Below are positions 1 through 9,112 of a stretch of DNA of 64,000 bases, in pieces (the first letter of the stretch is position 1; each line of letters opens with the position of its first letter). The notes beneath the pieces were generated by a model. It was not told where the DNA came from, did no database searches, and saw only the letters and a list, made by a program, of their open reading frames with translations. The stretch comes from an uncultured Acidobacteriota bacterium. GTDB taxonomy: Bacteria > Acidobacteriota > Thermoanaerobaculia > Multivoradales > SZUA-115. The stretch is taken from the NCBI GenBank assembly GCA_963805975.1, contig CAWDVR010000004.1:32001-96000 (forward strand). Reading direction: 5' to 3'. The position numbers and the translations under genes were made by a program.

Positions 1-120
1 TAGGCAGAGTCTCTGTCGCTACCAGCAGAGGAAGTTGTGCGGAACGAGTGGAGGGGCGGCCAGACTTGGGCGGGTCCATGCGACCGACTGTCGCTGCTCC
101 TCCCCAGAACGGGAGTGGGA
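1..120 (+). repeat. ~120 bp dispersed repeat, copy A (copy B at 40534-40652), ending in a hairpin
   Basis: Near-identical by eye to 40534-40652; ends CTCCTCCCCAGAACGGGAGTGGGA. May extend beyond the window start. Confidence 0.9.
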
Positions 121-484
121 GTGCGCTGTGAAAAGGCGTCGGTTCTCAGTGGATGCGAATTCCACTCGGCAACTTGTCACTCTATTCCGATGGCTGCGGC
201 GCAAGCACAAAGTGCGGGGTCCGGGCTACGCACGCTTCTCGGACCAGTACCTGCACGAGGAGCTCGGCCTCGAGCGCCTCACCGTGCGCACTCGCAGCTT
301 CCCGTGGGCGACCGCGTGATGTCCTGTCCGAGAGCCGGATGCGGGAGATCCGCACGTCCGGTTCGACGAGCGGGGAAGAGGAGCCGGAGCTATGGCGGAG
401 ACTGAGGCACCGGCATCACGGCGAAAGTCGCCGGTAACAGCTACTCCCTCGGCCTGGAGCTACCGCACCTCTCCTCGACTCTAC
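121..484 (+). mobile_element. Internally deleted group II intron (5' end, maturase C-terminus, domains V/VI)
   Basis: Starts GTGCG; maturase-like tail LFRWLRRKHK...LHEELGL...FPWATA* ends at 319; domain V GAGCCGGATGCGGGAGATCCGCACGTCCGGTTC at 332-364; ends CTCGACTCTAC at 484. No RT core. Confidence 0.85.
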
Positions 485-762
485 GTCGCTTCGTCCGCTT
501 AGCCAAACCGACGGAGCCATGATTGACGCTGAAAAAATGATAGCGGGGTGATGGCTGTGCCGAGTATCTGCTGAGGGCTGAGGGATGCCGAGCGAGGCGG
601 CAGCCAGCACGACGAAGATTGCCAGGTTAACCGCACTCACCTCGGCCGCCGCGTAATCCAAGAGGCGATTCTTAGGCCGACAGGAAGACATTCACATAAG
701 TGACGGGATTCTTCGAGGCCATGGCCGTGCCCTTGGTACCTTGTCAGAGGAGAGAAACCGAT

Positions 763-3700
763 ATGTCTGAAAGGCACGAAAAGCAACGGTCCGCGAATGT
801 GCGCTCACAGAGCGCGAAGGGTAACCGTATCGATGGCGGCGTCTTGCGATTGGCAAAGACTCTGGCCGCAGCACGCCGAATCAAGGTGGGCGAGGTGCTT
901 GTGCCGCGAGCCGTGGCCGCTGCGGGCCGCGACCTGGAGCGCGCACGTGCGCTGGCGCGGCGAGCAATGCAGGGCGATCGAACCGCTGCAGAGCAATTCG
1001 CGGCCAAGATCGGCGGCAGCGGTCCGCTGCCCAAAGGCCACCAATTCCCGAGGCGGCCGCTCAGCCTCCGCGCCTCCGCATTGATGGCTGGCGCCCAGGC
1101 TGGTCCGGTTGCGGGAATACCGTGCCTCGGCCAAGTACACGCGGACCTCGAGCTGATTCATGCCGCGTTCAAGCTTGATGCTGAGCTAGGGTATCGTGAC
1201 GCGCGTCTGACCAGACGAGCCGGTGACTTCGTCCGCGAGCGCCGCGACCAGCTTGCCGCATTCGAACGGGACGACTGGCGGCCGAAAGCGGCGTCGACAG
1301 GCGGCCGTGGTCGAGTGGACGTGGGCGACCTTGGGCGAACCCCACAGGGCGGGCGCGGCGAATTGCCGCCGGGGACCGACCGTCCGGTCCCGGATGGCTT
1401 TGGTCCCAACTCCGGTCCGGGCAGGCTCCCACCAGGCGACAGCGTTCCACTGCTGCCACCCGACGCCAATTTACCCGGCGTGGGCGATCCACTCGAGCCG
1501 CCGCACGACGAGGATTTTTGCCTCGACATCAGCGATGTTTGCCTCCAGTTGTACCAAGATTTCGCCGCCGCCGCGTTGGCCGAGGACGATGCCCAATTGA
1601 TCGCTTCGGTAGGGCCGAACTGCCTCTGCGCCGCCGACCTCACCGACAATACGGAGTTCACCGCATGGCCCGACCCTGGACAATTCCCCGCGGATCGCGA
1701 TGACTACTCGTTGCTTTTCCGCGGCGCCGACATCACTGATCGCATCATCTCATGGCAGCCCGACGCCATTCGCTTCACCATTCCTGCCGGCTCCCGCACC
1801 GGCTACGTTGAACTCCGCCGCCCAATCAACACAGGCTCGCGGGCCATCGGCGGTACGCTGGCTAATCTGTGCGGGTTTCCTGACCTGGGAGGGGGCGGTC
1901 AGCTACCCTCCCCATCGCCGCGTGCAATTATCTCGATCATCCATCGGCCGGTCGTCGAATCGTTCACCGTGAACGGTGCCGGCGGGCCGGTTGCGGCCGA
2001 AGCGTGCACGGCGGTCTGGTTGAACTGGGCGGTGCGCCTCGAACACCAGCAGCTTGGTGCGCTGTTGCCGCCCTGCTGCACGATTCAGGTCGAAGTTCGC
2101 GATGCGGCTGGCGATGTTCTGCATCGTTCAAGCGACGAGATTGGCGGCTGGAACGACAATCCCGTCGACGACATCCGCTACCGGATCGTCGCGACAAGCA
2201 TGGCCGGGAACCACGCGTGTGGCACCGACCAGTCAGGCTGGATCGACGTCGGCCGTGAACACCGCTTATACGTCGAACCCGGGGAGCCGGCGAGCGCCTC
2301 CATAGTCGCCGCCAAGCCGGGCACACTGATGATCCGGCTCTCGTGTCCGGCGCCAGCGGCTGGCGCGCTGGTTATGCTAAGCTCGAGCAACCGTGACGTG
2401 CTGCATGTGCCCAACACGGTGACTGTGCTGCCCGGCGAGCGCTCAGCGATCGTTCAGTTCGCGACCTCTCGTGCTCGTTTCGGTCGCGTGGCAATCACCG
2501 CACGTTTGGCCAACCATCACGACGGTGTGCTGGATTACGAAGTGGTCGAGAATCTGACCGCGATTGTATTGTCGGGGGGCGGCGCAAAGGGCAGCTTCGA
2601 GGTCGGCGCGCTACTGTATCTGCGCGAGATCTGGAACGAGATTACGCCGCGGATCATCTGCGGCACCTCGGTAGGGGCCATCAATGCCCTCGGTCTGGCA
2701 GAAGCCACCCATTCCGGCGGTGTCGACAAGATTGAACGGATCTGGCTTGGCCTCCAATTCAATACGGACATGTATGTGCCGTCGCTGGAACTGCAGCGGG
2801 CCTCCGAGATCCTGGAAGTGCCGATCGCCGATATTCTCCTGCGCGGCAAGAGCTTCGGTGGCTTTGGCGATCTGTATCTCAATCTCATCGAGGTCACGCC
2901 AGAGGCGGCTGCCTGGGCGGCGACTGGCCTGGTAGTTGCCGGTCAGGTTGGCGCCCTTGTCGGCGGCCTCGCTCAGGTCTTCATCGACGAACCGGCCGAC
3001 AAGGTCGACGATGCGGTCCAGGAACTGAAACGAGCGAACTATCTTCTTGATCTGACGCCCACCCAAGACAAGATTACAGCGACCGATGGCTCTGGTATCG
3101 ATCTCGATGGCATCGCCAGCTCCGGCATGAAGCTGCGCCTGGCAACTGTAGCGCTGGAGGATGGCAAGCTCTATTACGTAACTGAAGCCTCCCGGTTGAT
3201 TCGCGGCAATGCACGCCGCTTGGAGTTCGACGAACCTATTACTGCCACGGGCGTGCATCCGCTAGTGGACGGCGCCATGGCGTCGTCCGCAATTCCGGTC
3301 TTCTTCCAGCCGCGCCGCATCAGCACAGTCACCACCTCAATGTTCCACGTGGACGGCGGCGTGCGCGAGGTACTGCCATCCCAGGTGGCGGTCGAGCTTG
3401 GTGCGCAGCTACTGTTCACCATCGCGGCCGGGCCGAGCGCTCCGTCAATGGCGAAACTTTCAGTGAACGCAGAAGTCGCCGGCTCGTCCAACCCTCTGCT
3501 AGGCACGCCAGGCCGATCGTTCGGCGATCCAGGCCGTCTCTTCGAAATAGGCCAACGTGGCATCGACCTCGCCGTCAATGAGGTGTTGTCCGAAGAGCGG
3601 CTTCCACGAGCCGGCTTCTGCGATGACCGCGAGCGCGTGCTGATCCAACCTTCGTTCGAGGTACACGACACCATCGAAATAGATCCCGGACTGATCCGTA

Positions 3701-4218
3701 TCAACATGGCCTACGGTTTCTTCCGGGCTTTCGACGCAGACCAGTTTCGTCGCGGCAACCTCAACGTGATCCAGTATTATCTGTGGCAGCTATGGACCGA
3801 CGACTTAATTAGAACCCGCGGCGAATGTCATGCGGTCGAGATGAACGGAGAAATGCGGTATGCGCGCGGGACCAGGCTCTTTCACCACAACACGCTGCAG
3901 GCCATCCGGGAGCGAAAGAACCACATCGCCGAGTTGATCGAAACACGCTTCGACACGTTCGGCGCCGCTGCATTTCCGCGCCAATTCGTGAGCGCTGTGA
4001 TGGGCAATCACAGCGTGCTGAGTTGGTGCGACACCTGGGAGATACATCAGGATCCGCATCGCAGCTTCCTCAACGGCATCGACCTGTGGCAGCCGCAGAT
4101 GCTGGAGTATCCGATGTGGGTCGAGGACGGCACCAGCTACCCGGCGATTCTCGAACCTACTGTGCTGGGCAAGTACCCGTTACCGGTGGGTATGCGCGAC
4201 GGTTTGCTGTTACGTTAG
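763..4218 (+). CDS. Large patatin-like phospholipase with N-terminal IPT/Ig-like domains
   Basis: LSGGGAKG, GTSVG and HVDGG patatin motifs; GAGGAG RBS before ATG 763 (ORF track starts at 700). Confidence 0.85.
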   Translation: MSERHEKQRSANVRSQSAKGNRIDGGVLRLAKTLAAARRIKVGEVLVPRAVAAAGRDLERARALARRAMQGDRTAAEQFAAKIGGSGPLPKGHQFPRRPLSLRASALMAGAQAGPVAGIPCLGQVHADLELIHAAFKLDAELGYRDARLTRRAGDFVRERRDQLAAFERDDWRPKAASTGGRGRVDVGDLGRTPQGGRGELPPGTDRPVPDGFGPNSGPGRLPPGDSVPLLPPDANLPGVGDPLEPPHDEDFCLDISDVCLQLYQDFAAAALAEDDAQLIASVGPNCLCAADLTDNTEFTAWPDPGQFPADRDDYSLLFRGADITDRIISWQPDAIRFTIPAGSRTGYVELRRPINTGSRAIGGTLANLCGFPDLGGGGQLPSPSPRAIISIIHRPVVESFTVNGAGGPVAAEACTAVWLNWAVRLEHQQLGALLPPCCTIQVEVRDAAGDVLHRSSDEIGGWNDNPVDDIRYRIVATSMAGNHACGTDQSGWIDVGREHRLYVEPGEPASASIVAAKPGTLMIRLSCPAPAAGALVMLSSSNRDVLHVPNTVTVLPGERSAIVQFATSRARFGRVAITARLANHHDGVLDYEVVENLTAIVLSGGGAKGSFEVGALLYLREIWNEITPRIICGTSVGAINALGLAEATHSGGVDKIERIWLGLQFNTDMYVPSLELQRASEILEVPIADILLRGKSFGGFGDLYLNLIEVTPEAAAWAATGLVVAGQVGALVGGLAQVFIDEPADKVDDAVQELKRANYLLDLTPTQDKITATDGSGIDLDGIASSGMKLRLATVALEDGKLYYVTEASRLIRGNARRLEFDEPITATGVHPLVDGAMASSAIPVFFQPRRISTVTTSMFHVDGGVREVLPSQVAVELGAQLLFTIAAGPSAPSMAKLSVNAEVAGSSNPLLGTPGRSFGDPGRLFEIGQRGIDLAVNEVLSEERLPRAGFCDDRERVLIQPSFEVHDTIEIDPGLIRINMAYGFFRAFDADQFRRGNLNVIQYYLWQLWTDDLIRTRGECHAVEMNGEMRYARGTRLFHHNTLQAIRERKNHIAELIETRFDTFGAAAFPRQFVSAVMGNHSVLSWCDTWEIHQDPHRSFLNGIDLWQPQMLEYPMWVEDGTSYPAILEPTVLGKYPLPVGMRDGLLLR

Positions 4219-4237
4219 CCGGTGTACCGTCAACCTC

Positions 4238-4460
4238 ATGCGCGACACTGAGCTATATGGGAAGATTCTCAGCATCGAGTCTCCGTGGCAGGTCGACGAG
4301 GTGGAGCTCGACGGCTCTGGCGGCGAGGTGCGAGTTCATCTGAGCCACGGCAAGCCGGGGCCGCCGTGTTCTGAATGTGGCGGGCCGGCCTGGGGCTACG
4401 GCAGCCGGTTTCGGCGCTGGCGACACCTCGACACCTGCCAGTTGCGGACGATCCTGGGTG
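4238..4460 (+). pseudogene. ISL3-family transposase N-terminal fragment
   Basis: LYGKILSIESPWQV...CSECG...RRWRHLDTCQ zinc-finger region, then homology is lost. Confidence 0.75.
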
Positions 4461-4655
4461 GCGCAAGGCAAACGAGGATCGCTCGCTGCACGAGGTGCCG
4501 GTTCACGCGGAGCTGCTATGGCGCGTCGAGGAACCGGGACCGTCGCCCAAACAGTGAGAGGTCTTGGAGCTTCTCATTCTTCAGCTCGCACCTCGCGTCC
4601 GCCTGGGCGACTCCCCGGCCCGCTGGAGCGATTCGCCGCTGTGAAGGGGACCTTG

Positions 4656-5425
4656 ATGTTGGAAGTCACTCTCCACGCGAATGGGACGTTCGATCTGAAG
4701 TGGTACCTCCTTGGCCAAGTCTATGTGAACCCGCTTCGAGGCAGATGGTCAGACCGTAACAATAGATACGTGACTCTAAACTGGGCGGGAGAGGATCGTT
4801 ACGGTTTCACCTACGAATCCGGGCATCTTGCCTTCTACCATCATCCTAGCCCTAGTGGAGTAGTAGATGAGCGCACAGCGCTTAGATTCGTGCTGCAAAG
4901 GACCGCGTCTGCGTTAACCGATCGCGAGGAAGCTACAGTAGCCCTTATTGCGGCAGTCAAGGTTCATGACCTTGATTCGGTGCGTCGGTACGCGAGAAAC
5001 GGCGGGAACCTCAACGCAGTCGACGACATGGGGTGGCCCATGCTCCGGTACGCGGTATTCCATGACCAAGCTGACCTTGCCGTGTTGCTCCTAGAACTTG
5101 GGGCAGATCCAGACGTCCATGATGGACTCGGCGGCTCCCCCCTTCATGCAGCGGCCGAAAAGAATCGTATAGAGTTGGCGCGACTCCTTATCCCGAGGGG
5201 TGCGGACGTAAATGCACGCTCGATATCGGTTGGACTCCGCTTCACGAGGCCGCATCGAACGGTTTGGAGGAATTCGTACGACTTCTTCTCTCGAATCATG
5301 CAGACGTAAACGCGATCCAGGACCTCAATGGAACTCCGCTTGACATGGCTGAGAGATGGGACAGGCCCAACGTAGTCACGACGCTACTCGGACATGGTGC
5401 GAGACGACGGGACGAGCTTAGATGA
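4656..5425 (+). CDS. Ankyrin-repeat protein (frameshift near 5230; start uncertain)
   Basis: GGSPLHAAAEKN, and GWTPLHEAASNG in the shifted frame; stop at 5423-5425. Confidence 0.75.
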
Positions 5426-5462
5426 GCCTCGGTGAGGGATCCGCAGTCCGTTGGGCTAACAT

Positions 5463-5813
5463 GTATGAGGCCCCCGCCTGTCAAGGGCAAGCTGCTCCGC
5501 AGGCGATCTCTGGGACGGTAGGTCGCCAGGGAAGCAGAAGCCAGTGAGAGGATCGCTACTGCTCCACTTGGTTTCGCCTCGGCGCAGCGTGATGGAATCG
5601 TCTGCGCCAAACACGTATCGAAGCTCTGACGCCGGCCAAGCGGCGTCGCCGAAACCCTCTGGACTCTGGTGGCTTAGAAACGATTCGGTGGCCTCGGGCT
5701 AGCCCCCTATCACGCGGACCTCTTTGGAGCGGGCAACGCCAGTTACTGTGTCGGGAGCACGCCGTCCGAAGAACTTGTGCCTACGCCCTAGAACCCACAG
5801 TCGAGGTAGGTCG
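5463..5813 (-). mobile_element. IS110/IS1111-like non-coding end without transposase, copy 1
   Basis: GTATGAGGCCCCCG.CTGTCAAGGGCAAG start and distal CCCACAGTCGAGG are shared with 42638-42910; follows an R''-like GCTAAC; outward TTGACA on the minus strand. Confidence 0.55.
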
Positions 5814-5963
5814 CTTCCGGTGCTTCGATTGGGATGCGAATAAGACTGATCAGCTCGACGCTGGCAATGCAAGGACAGCGATAGGCACCCACATGGGTAC
5901 TTGCATTCTGCTTTGTTGATCTCGCTTGTCGTTAGTCATGTGCCTCAACCGTCCTTTCCTGAC

Positions 5964-6064
5964 GCCGAACGTCCTTGAGCTCAGGCGCAGCACTTGAGGT
6001 CTGACTCGAGCCGCAGGCCCGAGAGGAAGGCTGATGGTGCTGCGCCTGCGGCGAATTGTTCGGC
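5964..6064 (-). other. attC site
   Basis: Minus strand: R'' GCCGAAC, then CAGGCGCAGCAC/GTGCTGCGCCTG arms, then R' GTTCGGC, just downstream of the DUF2971 gene. Confidence 0.85.
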
Positions 6065-6088
6065 GGCAGCCTTCCTGACTCCTAGCCA

Positions 6089-6943
6089 TCAACGGTATGG
6101 CGAAGAGGATCTCCTCACTGAGACTCCCTTGAGACCTCGCCGCACCAGCTCCTTACGCACTTCCGACACGGGATGCGGATTCCGAGGGCCAAGCACTACG
6201 CCGCTGATCACCTGGCCAGGGTCCATCGCAATCGCTATATAGGGTGTCGGCACACCCCGCGACAAACGATAACAGATCGGCACTGCCGCTACGACATCGA
6301 TCGCGCCTATGTGTCCGCCCGGGTCTTCAAGGACGCCATCTCGCTCGACCAGGAGATGGACGAGGCGCACCTCCTGCTCCTCGAAGAAGCTCGGATGCTT
6401 CAACGAGAGAAGATCCACAGCGAGCCAAGGCAAGTTCTCGATGACAGCCTGAGCGCCGGCCGCGCCCCTAGCCCACCAGGAGGCGAACAGCTTCAGACTC
6501 GCCCGTACAAGTCGCCCCTGTCTCTTTCTGTCGTACTCCACTAGCTTCATGCGTACGGGGAGGTTGGCTCCCAAGCGAACGGCATTGAATTGGATGGCCA
6601 CGCCTTCGCCATCAGTAGCGTAGGCTCGCCATTGACTGAGCAGATCGCCGTTACGCGACAGACTAAACACTAGCGGCAGCACGTTCAGATGCGTCCCGAC
6701 CATGACGATTCGCACCGCCAGCGGGAAGTCCCCTGGATATCGGAACTTGTTCCTCTGGAGCTCGCGAAGCAGGATCTGCCGACCCCACAGCAACTCCACC
6801 GAATCGTTAAGGCACTTGATACTTGACAACCAGAGCGAGCAACTATCGAGAATAGCCCACAGCGTCGCTGTGGGGCAGTAGTGAAAGAGCTTCTCTCCAG
6901 GGAGTGGCTCGAAGCTCAGAGACGATAGGTCAAGGGCTGACAC
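6089..6943 (-). CDS. DUF2971-family protein (gene cassette)
   Basis: LFHY, LNDSVE, DLLSQWRAYA and KHPSFFEEQEVR motifs; bounded by attC sites. Confidence 0.85.
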   Translation of the reverse strand: MSALDLSSLSFEPLPGEKLFHYCPTATLWAILDSCSLWLSSIKCLNDSVELLWGRQILLRELQRNKFRYPGDFPLAVRIVMVGTHLNVLPLVFSLSRNGDLLSQWRAYATDGEGVAIQFNAVRLGANLPVRMKLVEYDRKRQGRLVRASLKLFASWWARGAAGAQAVIENLPWLAVDLLSLKHPSFFEEQEVRLVHLLVERDGVLEDPGGHIGAIDVVAAVPICYRLSRGVPTPYIAIAMDPGQVISGVVLGPRNPHPVSEVRKELVRRGLKGVSVRRSSSPYR

Positions 6944-7003
6944 ACTCTTCTAGCTCGCGCTTCTCAAACTTGCGAGAGCTCCTCGACCAGTCTTGCAAGT
7001 GCC

Positions 7004-7095
7004 GCCGAAAGTCAAGCATCAGCGCGCGCGCGACGGCGTGAAGGAAAAACGGAACTATTCCGCTGCGCGCGCTCCGCTGCATGCGCTAGTTCGGC
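7004..7095 (-). other. attC site with degenerate R' (TTTCGGC)
   Basis: Minus strand: GCCGAAC-TAGCG-CATGCAGCG...CGCTGATGC-TTGAC-TTTCGGC. Confidence 0.8.
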
Positions 7096-7100
7096 GCTGT

Positions 7101-8222
7101 CTATCCGTAGGCAAGTTTCCAAACAGGAGTTCTCCGGCTGAGATAGGGGCTCAGTACTGAGAATGGAATAGTCGCTTGTGCGATCTTGACAACGAATGGT
7201 CCAACAAATGAGAACGACAAGCCTTCCTTAGTCACATTGAACAGCTTGAATCGGGAAGCATCGTCACTCTGCCAATCGTCGATAACAGGACTGAAGGTCG
7301 CCAAATCGAATTCGCCTTCGAACTCTTTCTTGATCTGCTCGTCGCAGAGCTCGATCAAGCGCGGGACAAAGTTGGTGTCGTACTCAAAGATGTCGTCTAC
7401 CAGGAGTTCAGCGACGGGCTTGAGAGTGAACGTAAGTGTACGACGCCAAAAGTTCGGATGGGCCGCCGGATAGTTGTAGTTTGAGAGATCAAACACGACG
7501 CTTACGAGCTCGGCAGACGCGTATGTAACCTGGGAGACACCTTCCAGAGTGGAGGTCGGCACGATTGGATGATCCTCGGTGCCCAATGTCTCACTGAACA
7601 GAACACGGCGAGCCCCATGAGCCTCGTCGAGCATGCGGCTCTTGATACGAGCGTTCACCTCATCGAGACCCAGGTCAACCGGGCCCTCAATCTGTGGGTA
7701 CTCGAGAGAGATGTCATATTGGCGTGTCGAGTCGGACTGATCAACAAGGCTCTCGTGACGAATGGTGATCCCTCCACCCGCAGCTTCGCGCTTCTCTTCA
7801 GCACGCCTAAGACGTCGCGCTCCTTCGTCAACTGCTGCACAGAGCCTGTTGAATCCATCCTCTGAGAAGAGGTCGACCCACTCGAAGTCGGACAGCGACT
7901 CAGGAACTTCGCAGTTTTCAAGTCGAGCTGGAATGATGTAGATGTCGTCATCGAACTTCTGCTGCCAGACGGAAAGTGCTTGGCGGATCTCTTTCTGAAG
8001 AAAGCCGCGTTTGCCAATTGATCGAGGCGAGAGAAGGGCTATGAAGAGTTCGGCTCGCTTTACGGCACGCCAAATGCTCTGCTCCCACTTCTCGCCTGGT
8101 AGAATGTCTCGCTTGTCCATCCAGGGCTGATACCCAGAATCCTGAAGCTGTCGGTAGAGAGCATCGACGGCCTCGTAGTCCTCGCTCGCGTAGCTCAGAA
8201 ACAGACGAATGGGCTGTGGCAA
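7101..8222 (-). CDS. TIR domain fused to an RsiV/DUF3298-like domain (gene cassette)
   Basis: LFLSYASED...PWMD...FLQKEI TIR; C-terminal half ISLEYPQI, AAHPN, FNVTKEGLSFSF, IPFSVLSPYL resembles DUF4163/DUF3298. Confidence 0.75.
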   Translation of the reverse strand: MPQPIRLFLSYASEDYEAVDALYRQLQDSGYQPWMDKRDILPGEKWEQSIWRAVKRAELFIALLSPRSIGKRGFLQKEIRQALSVWQQKFDDDIYIIPARLENCEVPESLSDFEWVDLFSEDGFNRLCAAVDEGARRLRRAEEKREAAGGGITIRHESLVDQSDSTRQYDISLEYPQIEGPVDLGLDEVNARIKSRMLDEAHGARRVLFSETLGTEDHPIVPTSTLEGVSQVTYASAELVSVVFDLSNYNYPAAHPNFWRRTLTFTLKPVAELLVDDIFEYDTNFVPRLIELCDEQIKKEFEGEFDLATFSPVIDDWQSDDASRFKLFNVTKEGLSFSFVGPFVVKIAQATIPFSVLSPYLSRRTPVWKLAYG

Positions 8223-8268
8223 TCTTGTGGACCTCCGTCAGAGAGTGACCCGGACCTATGCGCGAGGC

Positions 8269-8333
8269 GCCGAACGGTCCGCCGATAAGCTGCGGGCGCC
8301 GAAGGCGACCGCCGCTTCATCGGCTTGTTAGAC
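8269..8333 (-). other. attC site (65 bp)
   Basis: Minus strand: GTCTAAC-AAGCC-GATGAAGC...GCTTATC-GGCGGACC-GTTCGGC; the stop codon of the upstream gene lies in R''. Confidence 0.92.
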
Positions 8334-9092
8334 AGCCCCCTTCCGCCCTCGATCGGATGTCTCAAAGTGCATCCTCTCCATGAAGATGTAGAAGAGATTC
8401 GCCTTCCTTCCTAACTCGCTCGACAGGTTGACGAGGTCCTCTTCGTAGACCGTTCGCTTGTAGGTCTCTTGGCAGGCCTTGAGCGTGGCGCGAACCCGAG
8501 TCGCGCCCCATGCGTCCTGGTTATTTTCACCCAGTCGCTGGATCTCTCTCGGCAGGAGCTTGTCGAACCATTTGAACCACCGAGTGAGAAGGGCATTTCC
8601 TTCGGTCGGAGTGATCGCCGCTTGATGGCCGACGATGCGCGGACCCTCTTCGGTCCATTCCACTGACAGGCCGCGACCTCGCTTTGGCTTCTCACCACGA
8701 ACCCCCATCGCATTGAGAAGGCCACGAACATTCAAGGAGAAGCCCCTGGGATCGCGGAAATCCGCGTACAGTTTGTCCCCCAATGGCGATGGCATGGGTG
8801 TCTCATCGACCCGCACCGGTAAGACCGACACCGACTGCCGTGAAAGTTCCTTTGACATAGCCAGGCTTAGTTCCTTCTGCACCCAGGGCGAGCGCGCTGC
8901 GTTTTTCGACATGACCACGATGACGAAGTCGACATCACGGATCGCTTCGGCGACACGATCGATAATCGAGTCGCCGATGCGAAGCTTCGCTTCGTCCAAC
9001 CACACTGAGATGCCGTGCGCGGCAAGCCTCTTCGCAAGCCGCCTGGCAAACGGCTTGTCGTGGGTGTTGTGGCTGAGGAATACAGAGGGCAT
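8328..9092 (-). CDS. TIR domain protein with unknown C-terminal domain (gene cassette)
   Basis: VFLSHNTHDK...VWLDE...SPWVQKEL; cassette core GTTAGACAGCCCC matches the inverse core at its 3' end. Confidence 0.88.
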   Translation of the reverse strand: MPSVFLSHNTHDKPFARRLAKRLAAHGISVWLDEAKLRIGDSIIDRVAEAIRDVDFVIVVMSKNAARSPWVQKELSLAMSKELSRQSVSVLPVRVDETPMPSPLGDKLYADFRDPRGFSLNVRGLLNAMGVRGEKPKRGRGLSVEWTEEGPRIVGHQAAITPTEGNALLTRWFKWFDKLLPREIQRLGENNQDAWGATRVRATLKACQETYKRTVYEEDLVNLSSELGRKANLFYIFMERMHFETSDRGRKGAV

Positions 9093-9112
9093 CGCCAGTG
9101 CCTCTCGGGGCT

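Noticed and set aside
121-484. Retron, DGR or active reverse transcriptase system
   Set aside because: No RT core (YADD) is encoded; only a maturase tail remains.
763-4218. CBASS (CapV) locus
   Set aside because: No CD-NTase is recognisable in the window.
5461-5500. Group IIC-attC intron inserted in the R'' box
   Set aside because: No domain V/VI sequence on either strand; the terminus fits an IS110/IS1111-like end better.
7101-9092. Canonical Thoeris system
   Set aside because: No ThsA (SIR2/Macro/SLOG) gene is visible, and each TIR is its own cassette.
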